From the IMG/VR virus record IMGVR_UViG_3300028045_000020, positions 1 to 54,056 of that record: DNA of 54,056 nt, one strand, 5' to 3'. This document shows, in pieces, positions 10,081 through 19,419 of the stretch. A program made the translations under genes and the position numbers. Within the stretch, counting starts at the first letter, position 1, and each line of letters opens with the position of its first letter. The notes beneath the pieces are model-generated. The model was not told where the DNA came from. It made no database searches and worked only from the letters and a program-made list of their open reading frames with translations. The DNA comes from a virus (Duplodnaviria; Caudoviricetes).

Positions 10081-10109
10081 AAAGATGGGGGCAAGTTACC
10101 CCCATCTTT
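10081..10109 (-). terminator. Rho-independent-like terminator after the gp70-like gene
   Basis: AAAGATGGGGG-caagtta-CCCCCATCTTT, followed by a T-run on the minus strand. Confidence 0.65.
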
Positions 10110-10130
10110 AGTTCTATGTTCGGCGCAGCA

Positions 10131-11315
10131 TTAGCCGGGAATTATACTACACGGACTATTAACCGTTGCAGGATAATGTCCCGGACCCGGAACTCTACCA
10201 TATGGGGAATGTCCATATGGTACAGCTTGATTTAATTGCCCGTATGGGGCGGGGGCCATATGAGTGTATGGGGCTTGCTGTATTTGTGAAGCATATCCCA
10301 TATGCGGCATTGGATTAATGGGAGGTCGATTGGCCGTGGTTAGCATCGTAGGGGTTGCTATAGTAAATGCCGGTGGTGGATTTCGCGAAGCTTCTGTTAC
10401 CGGTAAAACGTTCGCTGCATTAGGTATTGGTAATGGGGTAGCTTGCCATGGCGGTAGATTTGACGTCTTAGTGATTGGAGCAGCAACGAGCTGAGAGCCA
10501 GAAATAAATTTAGTCAAATGGTAATACTTCTCCACGTTTGGAAGATGCCTCATAAAAGTTGCTACGTTGGTCTCCACCTGTAGTAATTTTTCTAGATACT
10601 CCTCCATTCTAGCATACCCTTTTGCCATAACAGCTAACACAGCTTCAGCCTTCGGTACGGAGATTCCAGCTGCCTTACAAGTAAAATGTTCCTTAAAATC
10701 AGAAGTGCCCAAAATCTTTTCAACGATGCCGTGAAATACTCTCCAGGTCTTTTTACGAATAGTTGCCTTATACGAGGCTACTGTCTCCTCGTCAAATATT
10801 TTACACTGCAATTGTGCTACCTTTTCTCGCTTGCTGTAAAATATCTTTAATAGATCTGTCGGCTTGATTTTTTCTAGCTCTTTCATTGTCTTAGCATCAA
10901 TGTCGTCTTTGAATTCAGTTATGATGTCAAGGTTACCATAGCTAACTTTTTCCAATTCCTCCTCTGCGGCAGTCGCAAATCGAATGATGGTTTTAATAAC
11001 TTCCTTTAACAAAAATCGCATAGTGGCCTCGCGAGTACCCCAAAACCAATTAAGTTCTTTACCTTCCTCGATGAGATCACTGAAAGGATTTAATACGATA
11101 AAATCTCCAACCGGCATTTTATCGTAGTATACGACCAACGGTAGACTTGGCCCATCCGGATCGTTCCCTGTCGGAATGCATAACAACTTATCATCCTCGA
11201 TGGTCTTGATGGACATGTTGCTTCCGTCCACATGGTATACTTCTCCAAGCTCCACCAAATAAGTAATGAAATCTGTTACATCCGTCGGTCTTATAGCTGT
11301 TTCCTTTGAACCCAT
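10131..11315 (-). CDS. Conserved phiKZ-like protein (gp70-like position) with a Pro/Tyr/Gly-rich C-terminal tail
   Basis: 394-aa ORF with AGGAGG RBS; follows the PicA-like gene as gp70 follows gp69 in phiKZ. Confidence 0.6.
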   Translation of the reverse strand: MGSKETAIRPTDVTDFITYLVELGEVYHVDGSNMSIKTIEDDKLLCIPTGNDPDGPSLPLVVYYDKMPVGDFIVLNPFSDLIEEGKELNWFWGTREATMRFLLKEVIKTIIRFATAAEEELEKVSYGNLDIITEFKDDIDAKTMKELEKIKPTDLLKIFYSKREKVAQLQCKIFDEETVASYKATIRKKTWRVFHGIVEKILGTSDFKEHFTCKAAGISVPKAEAVLAVMAKGYARMEEYLEKLLQVETNVATFMRHLPNVEKYYHLTKFISGSQLVAAPITKTSNLPPWQATPLPIPNAANVLPVTEASRNPPPAFTIATPTMLTTANRPPINPMPHMGYASQIQQAPYTHMAPAPYGQLNQAVPYGHSPYGRVPGPGHYPATVNSPCSIIPG

Positions 11316-11335
11316 TCTATCCTCCTGTTAAGTAC

Positions 11336-13120
11336 TTAAAATCCAGTAAGTCCTTTGTTAATTTTATTAGTCGCCTTAGTCGGAAGCACCTCTATGGTAT
11401 CTTGTACCGGCGAAGCCGTCAGACTATCATTCATTATCACGGGGGCAATAGAGGAAAGTTCCGACCCGCCACTACCGAAAGTACTCGGTAGATCCTCCCT
11501 CCAATTACCAGCTATGCCATTATCTACTATACTACCAGCTGGGTACTCTGATCGTCCGTGCAGATTAATCATCATGTTTGTGAGATTAAGTGCATTATTA
11601 TTAATGTCATCATATCGACCAACTAGCGGACTTCGCATTCCTCCCATCCGGTTATTAGTTACAAAATAACCATACTCTCTCTCAAGATCAGCATATTGAA
11701 GTTCAACTATTGTGGTGGTATCACTTATATGCGTACAAGAAAGCCAAAAATCCCCCTGAAATGCTTTCAGGATCGGAAACAACTGCGACATCACCGACAG
11801 TTTAAATTGATTGACATGCTCTTTTTGGGCCACTCTGTTAACAGGAACCATAGTATTAATTTGGTCCCCTTTCCATTCCCATAATCCTTTATCGATATCC
11901 ATGGGGTTACCATAATTAGAAGAGTAGGTAAATCCTACAGATACTAGATTACAAGAAGCAGCTATGGCTGCAATTGTAGAAGCGACCATGGTCGACATAG
12001 TGTTCGACATGGACTGTACTTGTTGTGGGCGAGCCTCAAATCCATCACTCATATCATTAAATTGATGCATCTGTATTTCTGGAAACTTCGCATCTAGCTC
12101 ACCCAACAACATACTCCTACTTGTATCAATACCATGCATGGGTTCGATTACGTGAGTAGATAAAAGGTTAGAATCTACCTTAGACAGAAATGTTTGATCC
12201 GGAGGCATCCCGTATGGATCGTGGCATGACGCGCCGCAGTTGTGGTCCTGGAATGTGGCGTCTATACCCTGATGGTCTATTCCCAAATCTACCGAGTGCA
12301 GCAAATGACTTAAATGATTGTTCGGGGCGTCCAGTTTTGTATCCAGCGCAACATGTCTATCTAACTGTGGATCTATCCTACTGTCATGAAATGTTGATAC
12401 ACAACCATCAGGTTCGACCATTGACTCCATGGGATATTGTAGCATTCCTGATCGTTGCTCACCTGGGGTCATCGTGTATAGATCTCTGTCGTTTCCTTGT
12501 GGGAGATACCCAGTAATATTTGGAACTATATTTCTGTCATAACTGGTCGTTACGACTTGTTTCGGTGCATTGGTATACGCTGCCTGCATCTTAAGAAGGG
12601 TGTTATGAGTAAACACCATTCGAGCATTTGGGTTATGTATCTGGTTACTCGTGCCCAACGAACTCGGAAGGACGGGTTCGTCTAAAAAGTAACCGGAAAT
12701 AAGCTGTCTGGTTTTTGGGTACCGTGTGCTGGCCGATCCATTGCTTGGATCATTATCAATAGCCAGAACAAAATTCCAAAACTCTGACAATCTGGCAGTG
12801 TCGAGCACGATCCCATTCGATTTTGGTTGTATGCTAGTTAGTAACGATTGTTGCTGTCCTGCGAATGCATACCGACCAGCTCTATTTCCATAGGGTGCGC
12901 CGTCTGCAGCAAATCTGCTGTCGTTCCTCGGGTCCGTTAAATCTTCAATGAATTGATTAGTAAACTTATACTCCATTGGTCTTAGTACCTGGACCGGTAT
13001 TGGTTTCGGTTTCGTCACGAATAGCATTGCGGTATTTCCGGTCAATGCCCTAGAAGAACATCCCTGTATTCTTGGATCAATTTCCATCGCCTGCCGCGCG
13101 GGCATTTGTGATTGATGCAT
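11336..13120 (-). CDS. picA: Probable phage-nucleus import factor PicA/Imp1 (phiKZ gp69-like)
   Basis: 594 aa, AAGGAGG RBS; lies between the gp68-like and gp70-like genes. Assigned by synteny and size, not by search. Confidence 0.6.
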   Translation of the reverse strand: MHQSQMPARQAMEIDPRIQGCSSRALTGNTAMLFVTKPKPIPVQVLRPMEYKFTNQFIEDLTDPRNDSRFAADGAPYGNRAGRYAFAGQQQSLLTSIQPKSNGIVLDTARLSEFWNFVLAIDNDPSNGSASTRYPKTRQLISGYFLDEPVLPSSLGTSNQIHNPNARMVFTHNTLLKMQAAYTNAPKQVVTTSYDRNIVPNITGYLPQGNDRDLYTMTPGEQRSGMLQYPMESMVEPDGCVSTFHDSRIDPQLDRHVALDTKLDAPNNHLSHLLHSVDLGIDHQGIDATFQDHNCGASCHDPYGMPPDQTFLSKVDSNLLSTHVIEPMHGIDTSRSMLLGELDAKFPEIQMHQFNDMSDGFEARPQQVQSMSNTMSTMVASTIAAIAASCNLVSVGFTYSSNYGNPMDIDKGLWEWKGDQINTMVPVNRVAQKEHVNQFKLSVMSQLFPILKAFQGDFWLSCTHISDTTTIVELQYADLEREYGYFVTNNRMGGMRSPLVGRYDDINNNALNLTNMMINLHGRSEYPAGSIVDNGIAGNWREDLPSTFGSGGSELSSIAPVIMNDSLTASPVQDTIEVLPTKATNKINKGLTGF

Positions 13121-13157
13121 AATTCCCTCCTTGTTAAATTAATTTGATTTACCAGCC

Positions 13158-14330
13158 TCATTGTCCCACCTGCACTAAACTATAGTTAGCAAGGCTGTAG
13201 AGTACCAAATCAAAATATATATAATACGATAGTGCTTCTGTTTCGACAGTAATAAATAATTCCTCAGAGTTAGTTTTCTCTAAAGTTACCCTCCGCATTG
13301 CTGCTGGTCGGAGTTCCCGCGACCAACTGATTAAGAACTCTTTTACAGGCTCTAGGATGTCGTTGGTACTATCCACAAATTGGAGATAGTTTGAAGCATT
13401 AGTTGCAGTCACTCTACTAATTCCATCCGGACCAATCCCACATTCCATGGAAATATCTGTATAGGGTGATTCGTTTAAATAATTAATAACTACATGGAAG
13501 CGACTTATTAATTTCCTAGGGGCTCCATACAGTACTTCCGGAGTAAGCTCAAATATTGGAGCAAAATCCATATAATCCCTATAGGTACCACTACGCACAT
13601 TACTGCGCATGAATCTATAGAGATCCTGTAAAACTAATTCTCCATCGCCGCATAACGCCAATTTTGATATGGTGTCAGTAGGATGGATCAAGTTCAATTG
13701 CTCATCAATAGTACTATTGACTAAACCTGAAAGTGCCACCGAGTCCCAATATTGTCGCTGTATGATAGAGACTTGCTCTATTGCTTCTTCTTTAAATAGG
13801 GCGCTGGTGCATGCGTCCACTCGGTCATCTCCATCAGATACTTTATCTAGTACGTTACTGCTCTGGTACCTCTCCACATGTGATTGCTCCACTGGGTAAA
13901 TAGGATACTCATGTAGATACGCAACTATCTCATTTGCCAGTAAGCGATTAGCGGTTACTAACTCTTTGGTGTTTCCAAGCCAACCGAGCACCACCCGAAT
14001 GTATTCCGGAAACCTAATATGGCTAACACTATTTTCCTCCTTATTGTATCTCTTAAGAGATATCGGATATATATGAACCGGTGTCTTTCCCACATGGAAG
14101 ACATTATTCTTTGTTATTGGTTGGCGTGATAATACTATCCTTTCTGCAACAGTGCCGCCACTTATCTCTATAAATTTATACTTAAAGATAGAGTTGTTGC
14201 TATCCCAGGTAACAGTCCTCCCTACAGACCGTCCTCCGCTTCCGCCCTGGAATGACTTCTGATAAGCATTCGAAGAGACATACTTTTCTTTATGGGGCCG
14301 CTTTGGTAATGGAATAATATCTATTATCAT
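13158..14330 (-). CDS. Hypothetical protein, paralog of 14469..15752
   Basis: Start moved to 14330 (MIIDIIPLPK; AAGGA RBS; promoter motif 44 nt upstream), matching the paralog N-terminus MIIDAIFLGK. Confidence 0.75.
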   Translation of the reverse strand: MIIDIIPLPKRPHKEKYVSSNAYQKSFQGGSGGRSVGRTVTWDSNNSIFKYKFIEISGGTVAERIVLSRQPITKNNVFHVGKTPVHIYPISLKRYNKEENSVSHIRFPEYIRVVLGWLGNTKELVTANRLLANEIVAYLHEYPIYPVEQSHVERYQSSNVLDKVSDGDDRVDACTSALFKEEAIEQVSIIQRQYWDSVALSGLVNSTIDEQLNLIHPTDTISKLALCGDGELVLQDLYRFMRSNVRSGTYRDYMDFAPIFELTPEVLYGAPRKLISRFHVVINYLNESPYTDISMECGIGPDGISRVTATNASNYLQFVDSTNDILEPVKEFLISWSRELRPAAMRRVTLEKTNSEELFITVETEALSYYIYFDLVLYSLANYSLVQVGQ

Positions 14331-14373
14331 ACGTCTATTCCTTAAAGTGGTTGAAGTAAAGTAATTCATCTTA

Positions 14374-14384
14374 ATAATATATAT
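14374..14384 (-). promoter_or_regulatory. Putative phage promoter ATATATATTAT
   Basis: Exact motif, intergenic. Confidence 0.65.
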
Positions 14385-14468
14385 CTGTATTTCGCATCGA
14401 AATACTGCTACCCATAACGTGGACGCATCGAAGGGACTGGCTATGCTACGATATGAGCATAACTGATC

Positions 14469-15752
14469 CTATGCTAGAATAAGGCATTTGCTCACAAGAA
14501 GAGCGGCAATCAAATCCAGTCGGTAACTTAAGGGTGGCGTGTCGTCATTGAAAAAGAATTTCACAAACATCTCTTCATGATAATTTTTAAGTATTGTGGC
14601 ATATCTCACGACACCGGTCGGTATACCAAAATTCATGATACACTTAAACATTGCTTGCTGTAAATCTCCAATATCGAAAGTGCACGCAACTCCACCATCA
14701 ACCTGTATGTAGCTGTTGAAAGTTTTTATTTCCAGACTGCAGTACACCATATCTATTGTAAACTCGATGTCAGATGCTGGTTGGTTCATCAAGAATACCC
14801 CAAGGGATATCAGGGCACAATCCTGATCGGGTGAAATGTATGCTGGAAGCTGACCGTCAGAAGTTTCAGAAGAGAGTGGCAATCTTTTTGGTGGATGCAT
14901 GGTTTGATATGTCCTAAACACGCCATAACTATAAGTAGGAATAGTATCAATGGATAGATCATGGGACGTTGGGATGCAGCGCATCTCCACCATCCTTTGA
15001 TGCGTTGGCGTTACCTGTTGTGGTGCCAGTTCCTCCTTTCCAACAACACTATGTAGAATGTCATGCAAGCAATCCCAATTGTATATAATTGCTGGGGCGA
15101 TACTCTCAAAGTTACATGAGTCACAGTGGCAGCAGGCCTCAAAAATAGATTCAGCATCCAAAATATTATGAACTTCGTCAAGGCACATACATGCCCCCGC
15201 CTCGTTAGTAGACTGTGTATCGAGGGCCACGTTATATACATTCGCAGACTTGAGATTAAGGCCCAAGTTATATTCACTCCATGCGTGGCTGGTAGAACGA
15301 AAATATTCGTCCGCCACAAATCCGTACTCTGCCCCATATTTTGTAAACTCACGACGTAGCTTCTCGATTCCATACTGTGCGATAGTCATCGACGAAGGGT
15401 CACCATTGAGTACTTGTAGCGTGCTGATCTGATGTGAGTTTAGTTGCCAATCGCCATTCATTTTAGATGCTATCATGTGCATTGGAACTTGATCTCCGCT
15501 TTCTGCTAAAAAAGTTGACAGCGATATTGGGATAGTGGTTATCACTATCTGTTCTCGCGAGGAAGTTCCAATTTTTTCTATGAGCTTATACTTATATAAG
15601 GGTACCCTAAACACAGTCTCACGGCCAAGATGCATGACAGTGTTGCGAACATCTCTTCCTGTTCCGGTCGGTCCATTTACCACGTAGGCAAATTTGTTTC
15701 GTAGCTCATAGTTTTCTTGAACCTTTCCTAAAAATATCGCGTCTATTATCAT
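14469..15752 (-). CDS. Hypothetical Cys-rich protein, paralog of 13158..14330
   Basis: 427 aa, AGGAGG RBS; Cys/His cluster ACMCLDEVH...ACCHCDSC. Confidence 0.75.
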   Translation of the reverse strand: MIIDAIFLGKVQENYELRNKFAYVVNGPTGTGRDVRNTVMHLGRETVFRVPLYKYKLIEKIGTSSREQIVITTIPISLSTFLAESGDQVPMHMIASKMNGDWQLNSHQISTLQVLNGDPSSMTIAQYGIEKLRREFTKYGAEYGFVADEYFRSTSHAWSEYNLGLNLKSANVYNVALDTQSTNEAGACMCLDEVHNILDAESIFEACCHCDSCNFESIAPAIIYNWDCLHDILHSVVGKEELAPQQVTPTHQRMVEMRCIPTSHDLSIDTIPTYSYGVFRTYQTMHPPKRLPLSSETSDGQLPAYISPDQDCALISLGVFLMNQPASDIEFTIDMVYCSLEIKTFNSYIQVDGGVACTFDIGDLQQAMFKCIMNFGIPTGVVRYATILKNYHEEMFVKFFFNDDTPPLSYRLDLIAALLVSKCLILA

Positions 15753-15763
15753 GTTAGCCCTCC

Positions 15764-15800
15764 TAGGAACTACCTGGTACGATGTACCAGGTAGTTCCTA
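15764..15800. terminator. Perfect 17-bp hairpin after the gp68-like gene
   Basis: TAGGAACTACCTGGTAC-gat-GTACCAGGTAGTTCCTA. Confidence 0.65.
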
Positions 15801-15805
15801 TACTA

Positions 15806-17392
15806 TCAAAATGTCACTAGTGTAATAGCGCATACACTTGTGATCAGTTTCTGCGTTGGTTGTACCTTGCGCCCATTCAAATTTGTACTGTCCATAAGCT
15901 CCCATAAATTATCCGCAGTATTATGCAGATAACCCTTATATAAGGTTGATTCGAGATAGTCGTCTATCATTCGGTCCCATCGCTTTCCGCCATCTTTTAA
16001 TGGGGAGGCGTCAGACCTTGCTCTACAAGCGCGATACTGTTCGGAAGTTTTTGCAGATAGTTTTACTCTATCATCAGTACTGCTCAGCTTTAACTTAGGT
16101 TCCTTTGTTGGTATAACAGTAAGCATAGTGAGTAACTCATAATACCCGAACTGTAGTACTACCAACTGTGCCAAGCACGCTAATTTGACGTAGTTAATAT
16201 GGTCGAGTAATTTTATACTCTGCCAGCCGCCAAGGTAGGTCCCAAAGATATGATTTATTACATGTTGATTTGTTACGTTTGGTACGATAGGGTGCTTGTG
16301 ATACCACTCCGTAGCAGTGATGAACTGCTTCTCCTCAATGTCATAATCTATTAAAAACTTATTTATTAACGGCGGAATGCTGGCCATGGGAAGAATGGCC
16401 TGATCGCAAGTTCCTATAGAGGTCTGACTATCCAGCTCTATATTAGCACGCGAGCCCTCCTCACCATCGTTTTCTCCAAATGGAGTACGGGTCATGAAGG
16501 CTGTTTTCTTGGCGTTTATTTCTCTCCCACGTATAATCTGCTTAACGGTAACGATTATAAATATCATAATGTTACCTTCATTCTTTGTAAATGGTCTGTA
16601 CAAGTCGATGTTTACGAAAGCTCTGGTGTACAAGTTACTCATTGTATGCCTCACCATATTTTCGAGACTTACGTTATGAAACACATTGGTTTGTGTCCGG
16701 TGAATACCGGAGTTAGACACATTCTTGGTATAGGTTCGGAGCTTAAGAACCAATTCAAGACATCTATTTTTCAATATGTCAGTTAGTATAACAGCACAGT
16801 GAACTTCTTTGAGTTGCACGTCTATTTCTCGCAAAAGAAAAGACATGAGTACTCCGTATATTGGCGCGAGTATCTTAGAGATTAATGCTATAACAGTCAC
16901 CTTCCGCCCGTCCTCTTCGGTAAATGTCATTTCTGCAGTATCCTGCGGTCGCAGCCCTGCCTTGCTGTAATCTCCTAATGGAATATTACCATCGGTAATA
17001 AACTTTTCTAACGTTCCCCACAGATCTATCTCGGAGTCTAACTCTGCTAAGTTACGACTAAGCTGATTCATTAGCTCTGGCAAGCGGACGATATCCGTCC
17101 TGTTCATAAATTTATTAATATCGTAGTGAGCGTTTAGCATAAACATCGCAATCTTTATTTGGTTTTCATCACTAAACTTAGTGAAAACTTTATTAACCGG
17201 GGAGGCCATTATCTCCCATTTTACAGACCTAGTCTCTAGTTTAATCAGATTGCGATACCTTGATATCTTAAACTTTAAAAATTCTGCCACATCCATCTGG
17301 ACCTTGGGAAGCGTCAAATCTCCAAGGTCCAGTCTAACCATAAGATCTTTGCCTGGTTCGGCCAACAGACAATAGTTTATCCCCTTCTTCAT
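15806..17392 (-). CDS. Non-virion RNAP sigma-like promoter-specificity subunit (phiKZ gp68-like)
   Basis: 528 aa, predicted mostly helical, TAEMTF motif; located in the SbcD...PicA...beta block where gp68 sits. Confidence 0.65.
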   Translation of the reverse strand: MKKGINYCLLAEPGKDLMVRLDLGDLTLPKVQMDVAEFLKFKISRYRNLIKLETRSVKWEIMASPVNKVFTKFSDENQIKIAMFMLNAHYDINKFMNRTDIVRLPELMNQLSRNLAELDSEIDLWGTLEKFITDGNIPLGDYSKAGLRPQDTAEMTFTEEDGRKVTVIALISKILAPIYGVLMSFLLREIDVQLKEVHCAVILTDILKNRCLELVLKLRTYTKNVSNSGIHRTQTNVFHNVSLENMVRHTMSNLYTRAFVNIDLYRPFTKNEGNIMIFIIVTVKQIIRGREINAKKTAFMTRTPFGENDGEEGSRANIELDSQTSIGTCDQAILPMASIPPLINKFLIDYDIEEKQFITATEWYHKHPIVPNVTNQHVINHIFGTYLGGWQSIKLLDHINYVKLACLAQLVVLQFGYYELLTMLTVIPTKEPKLKLSSTDDRVKLSAKTSEQYRACRARSDASPLKDGGKRWDRMIDDYLESTLYKGYLHNTADNLWELMDSTNLNGRKVQPTQKLITSVCAITLVTF

Positions 17393-17433
17393 CGTGCCCT
17401 CCTGCTTAATAAGTAACGATTAGTATCAAGGTA

Positions 17434-17444
17434 ATAATATATAT
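17434..17444 (-). promoter_or_regulatory. Putative phage promoter ATATATATTAT
   Basis: Exact motif 42 nt upstream of the gp68-like start. Confidence 0.65.
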
Positions 17445-17451
17445 ATTACTA

Positions 17452-17943
17452 TCAATTGAAGTATATTCCTCTGGCACTTCGGCGACATAGAGCGGAAAGT
17501 TTCCGCACGTCGGTTAATACGAATTTGACGCTTCCTGCCGTTGGGTCTTTGGACCCTGGGCGATAACTCCGCACTCCTATACAAATTGTTTTGCCCTTCT
17601 TCTCAAGCACGAGTATGTACTTGCGCTGTACCGAGATGCGCATGCTGGCGGTGGTAGTAGTTCCATTATCTTGCAATAGGTCGCAAAGTTTATATGTTTC
17701 CTCCTCGCTAAAAATATGTCGGAATAAAAAACTTCCAACTGTACCGTAGCAGGTGACTCCGATGGACTGATGGTCGTCCGAAGATGATTCATCGCCCATT
17801 AGGAATAGTAAGTAATGCGTTTCGTTAGTGTATATGATTTGATTGAAGTTAGGAAATAGATTTCTACGACCAAGCATTGCAGCGGCAGCAACCACTAAAA
17901 TTATAGGTAAGTAAAATACAAATACTTTAATTTCTGGGATCAT
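17452..17943 (-). CDS. Hypothetical protein with N-terminal transmembrane helix
   Basis: Hydrophobic VFVFYLPIILVVAAAAMLG followed by RR; GGGGAG RBS supports the ATG at 17943 (MIPEIK). Confidence 0.7.
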   Translation of the reverse strand: MIPEIKVFVFYLPIILVVAAAAMLGRRNLFPNFNQIIYTNETHYLLFLMGDESSSDDHQSIGVTCYGTVGSFLFRHIFSEEETYKLCDLLQDNGTTTTASMRISVQRKYILVLEKKGKTICIGVRSYRPGSKDPTAGSVKFVLTDVRKLSALCRRSARGIYFN

Positions 17944-18053
17944 CGGACTCCCCCTTTTCTTTAAGTAGGCCCCTTTGTACAATTCGTTAAAGATTATTTT
18001 ACTGTATGAGATGCGATAGAACCAGTAAACTCCGTACCCCTATACTCTCTTCA

Positions 18054-18641
18054 TCATAGTCCGATCTTTAAAAGGCTTGCTCGTCCGAGTGCTCTTCGTA
18101 GCATTGCCTGTAGTCGGTAGTACCCCATGTGTTCTTCTCCGGTCGAAATGGTGAATGCTACCTTTTTTATATTTATTTTTGGGCAGCGTTGTATAGTCAA
18201 AACGATCCCTGGCGTTTCATCGGTTACAGATAAATAGTTTGATTGAAACATTATCCTTACCGGACCCTCCGGTAGTTTAAAGGTCTTTCTGTATGTATGT
18301 TTTGATTTTAACCCGGATAAAAGTTCGGTACAGGTATTCTTGTTTAATTCCAGGACGATCGGATTATCTATGCCATGATAGAGTTTGAATAGAATGAACG
18401 TAAGTCCTTCTTCTACTGTTAAGAGATGTGAGTCTGTTGTGTCGCTACTGTACTCTGGACAGCTCCGCCAGCTTATAACCCGCATGGGTGTGTAGCCACG
18501 AAGCATTTCAATAAGTTTTTTAGTGTGACGATTTACCAGCCAATACACTACTATCCCCGTTGTCATACACAGTTGGATGGTAGTTGCTACTTGAACCAAA
18601 GATAATTCATTTACTACATAAGCCAAAATATTTGTTCCCAT
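18054..18641 (-). CDS. Hypothetical protein with probable N-terminal membrane anchor
   Basis: GAGGAG RBS; hydrophobic LVQVATTIQLCMTTGIVVYWLV followed by basic residues. Confidence 0.7.
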   Translation of the reverse strand: MGTNILAYVVNELSLVQVATTIQLCMTTGIVVYWLVNRHTKKLIEMLRGYTPMRVISWRSCPEYSSDTTDSHLLTVEEGLTFILFKLYHGIDNPIVLELNKNTCTELLSGLKSKHTYRKTFKLPEGPVRIMFQSNYLSVTDETPGIVLTIQRCPKINIKKVAFTISTGEEHMGYYRLQAMLRRALGRASLLKIGL

Positions 18642-18735
18642 AGTACGCTCCTCATATTTTTGCGATTATAGAAATAATAAATACTGTAAGGCAGATGTCC
18701 CCACTATCATAAAGATCATATAATTGGTTACGAGA

Positions 18736-18769
18736 AGAGTAAGAGTGGAATTAATTCCACTCTTACTCT
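18736..18769. repeat. Perfect 34-bp palindrome (hairpin/terminator)
   Basis: AGAGTAAGAGTGGAATTAATTCCACTCTTACTCT, 19 nt after the stop of 18789..19343. Confidence 0.75.
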
Positions 18770-18788
18770 AGTATGGCATTATACTTCC

Positions 18789-19343
18789 TCAAGCAAATGG
18801 ATTGTCCTTATCGACCGAACCGGATGAAGTAGATCCAGCGTCCGGCTTCCATTTTGTTTTGGTGAAGGCAGCAGTGATTGGCCCTGGCTGTGTAAACCAT
18901 CGCAGTAATGAGAGAATAGAATATTCACTTTTCGTAGGAGCAGCCATTGGCTCCGTGCCTACCTCAATACCGGAAAGTGTGAAATCAAAACTTTCTATCA
19001 TCGCAGCGCCGTTATGCTGAAATTGAACCTCTGCGCGGTAACAACCCGCCTCATCCTTTATAAGATTGAGGATATATGCAAGCTTATACTTGCTATCTTC
19101 TGTATTCCATTTCGATTGAGTTATTGGAAGTTTTGTGTTAGGGGGCGAGGCTACCAACTTCTCTATAGTTTTTTCAATCACCATTCCCATTTGAGAACTG
19201 ATAAATTCACCAAGTTCTGGTCTTCCCTTCCGATCCACATTAACTGATATCTGCATTCTTCCGCCGAATGCGCCAAACTTCAGTATTGCCTTCGAGGTCT
19301 TAGAAAATATCTGAAATTGTTGTCCGAAATCTAAATTTTCCAT
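18789..19343 (-). CDS. Conserved hypothetical protein (gp67-like position), possible ssDNA-binding protein
   Basis: 184 aa, beta-strand-rich pattern with a flexible acidic/aromatic tail (SSGSVDKDNPFA) reminiscent of SSB tails. Confidence 0.55.
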   Translation of the reverse strand: MENLDFGQQFQIFSKTSKAILKFGAFGGRMQISVNVDRKGRPELGEFISSQMGMVIEKTIEKLVASPPNTKLPITQSKWNTEDSKYKLAYILNLIKDEAGCYRAEVQFQHNGAAMIESFDFTLSGIEVGTEPMAAPTKSEYSILSLLRWFTQPGPITAAFTKTKWKPDAGSTSSGSVDKDNPFA

Positions 19344-19419
19344 TGTAGTTAATTACCTTATTTGAATAGGTTATTGAAATAGTTTCCTATTGAATGATCG
19401 GGGATAGTAATAAAATATT

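Noticed and set aside
11336-15752. Short matches between PicA-like and 14469..15752 (TPxxQR, LHSV) as proof of homology
   Set aside because: They occur in opposite order in the two proteins, so they are likely chance; any relationship needs structural comparison.
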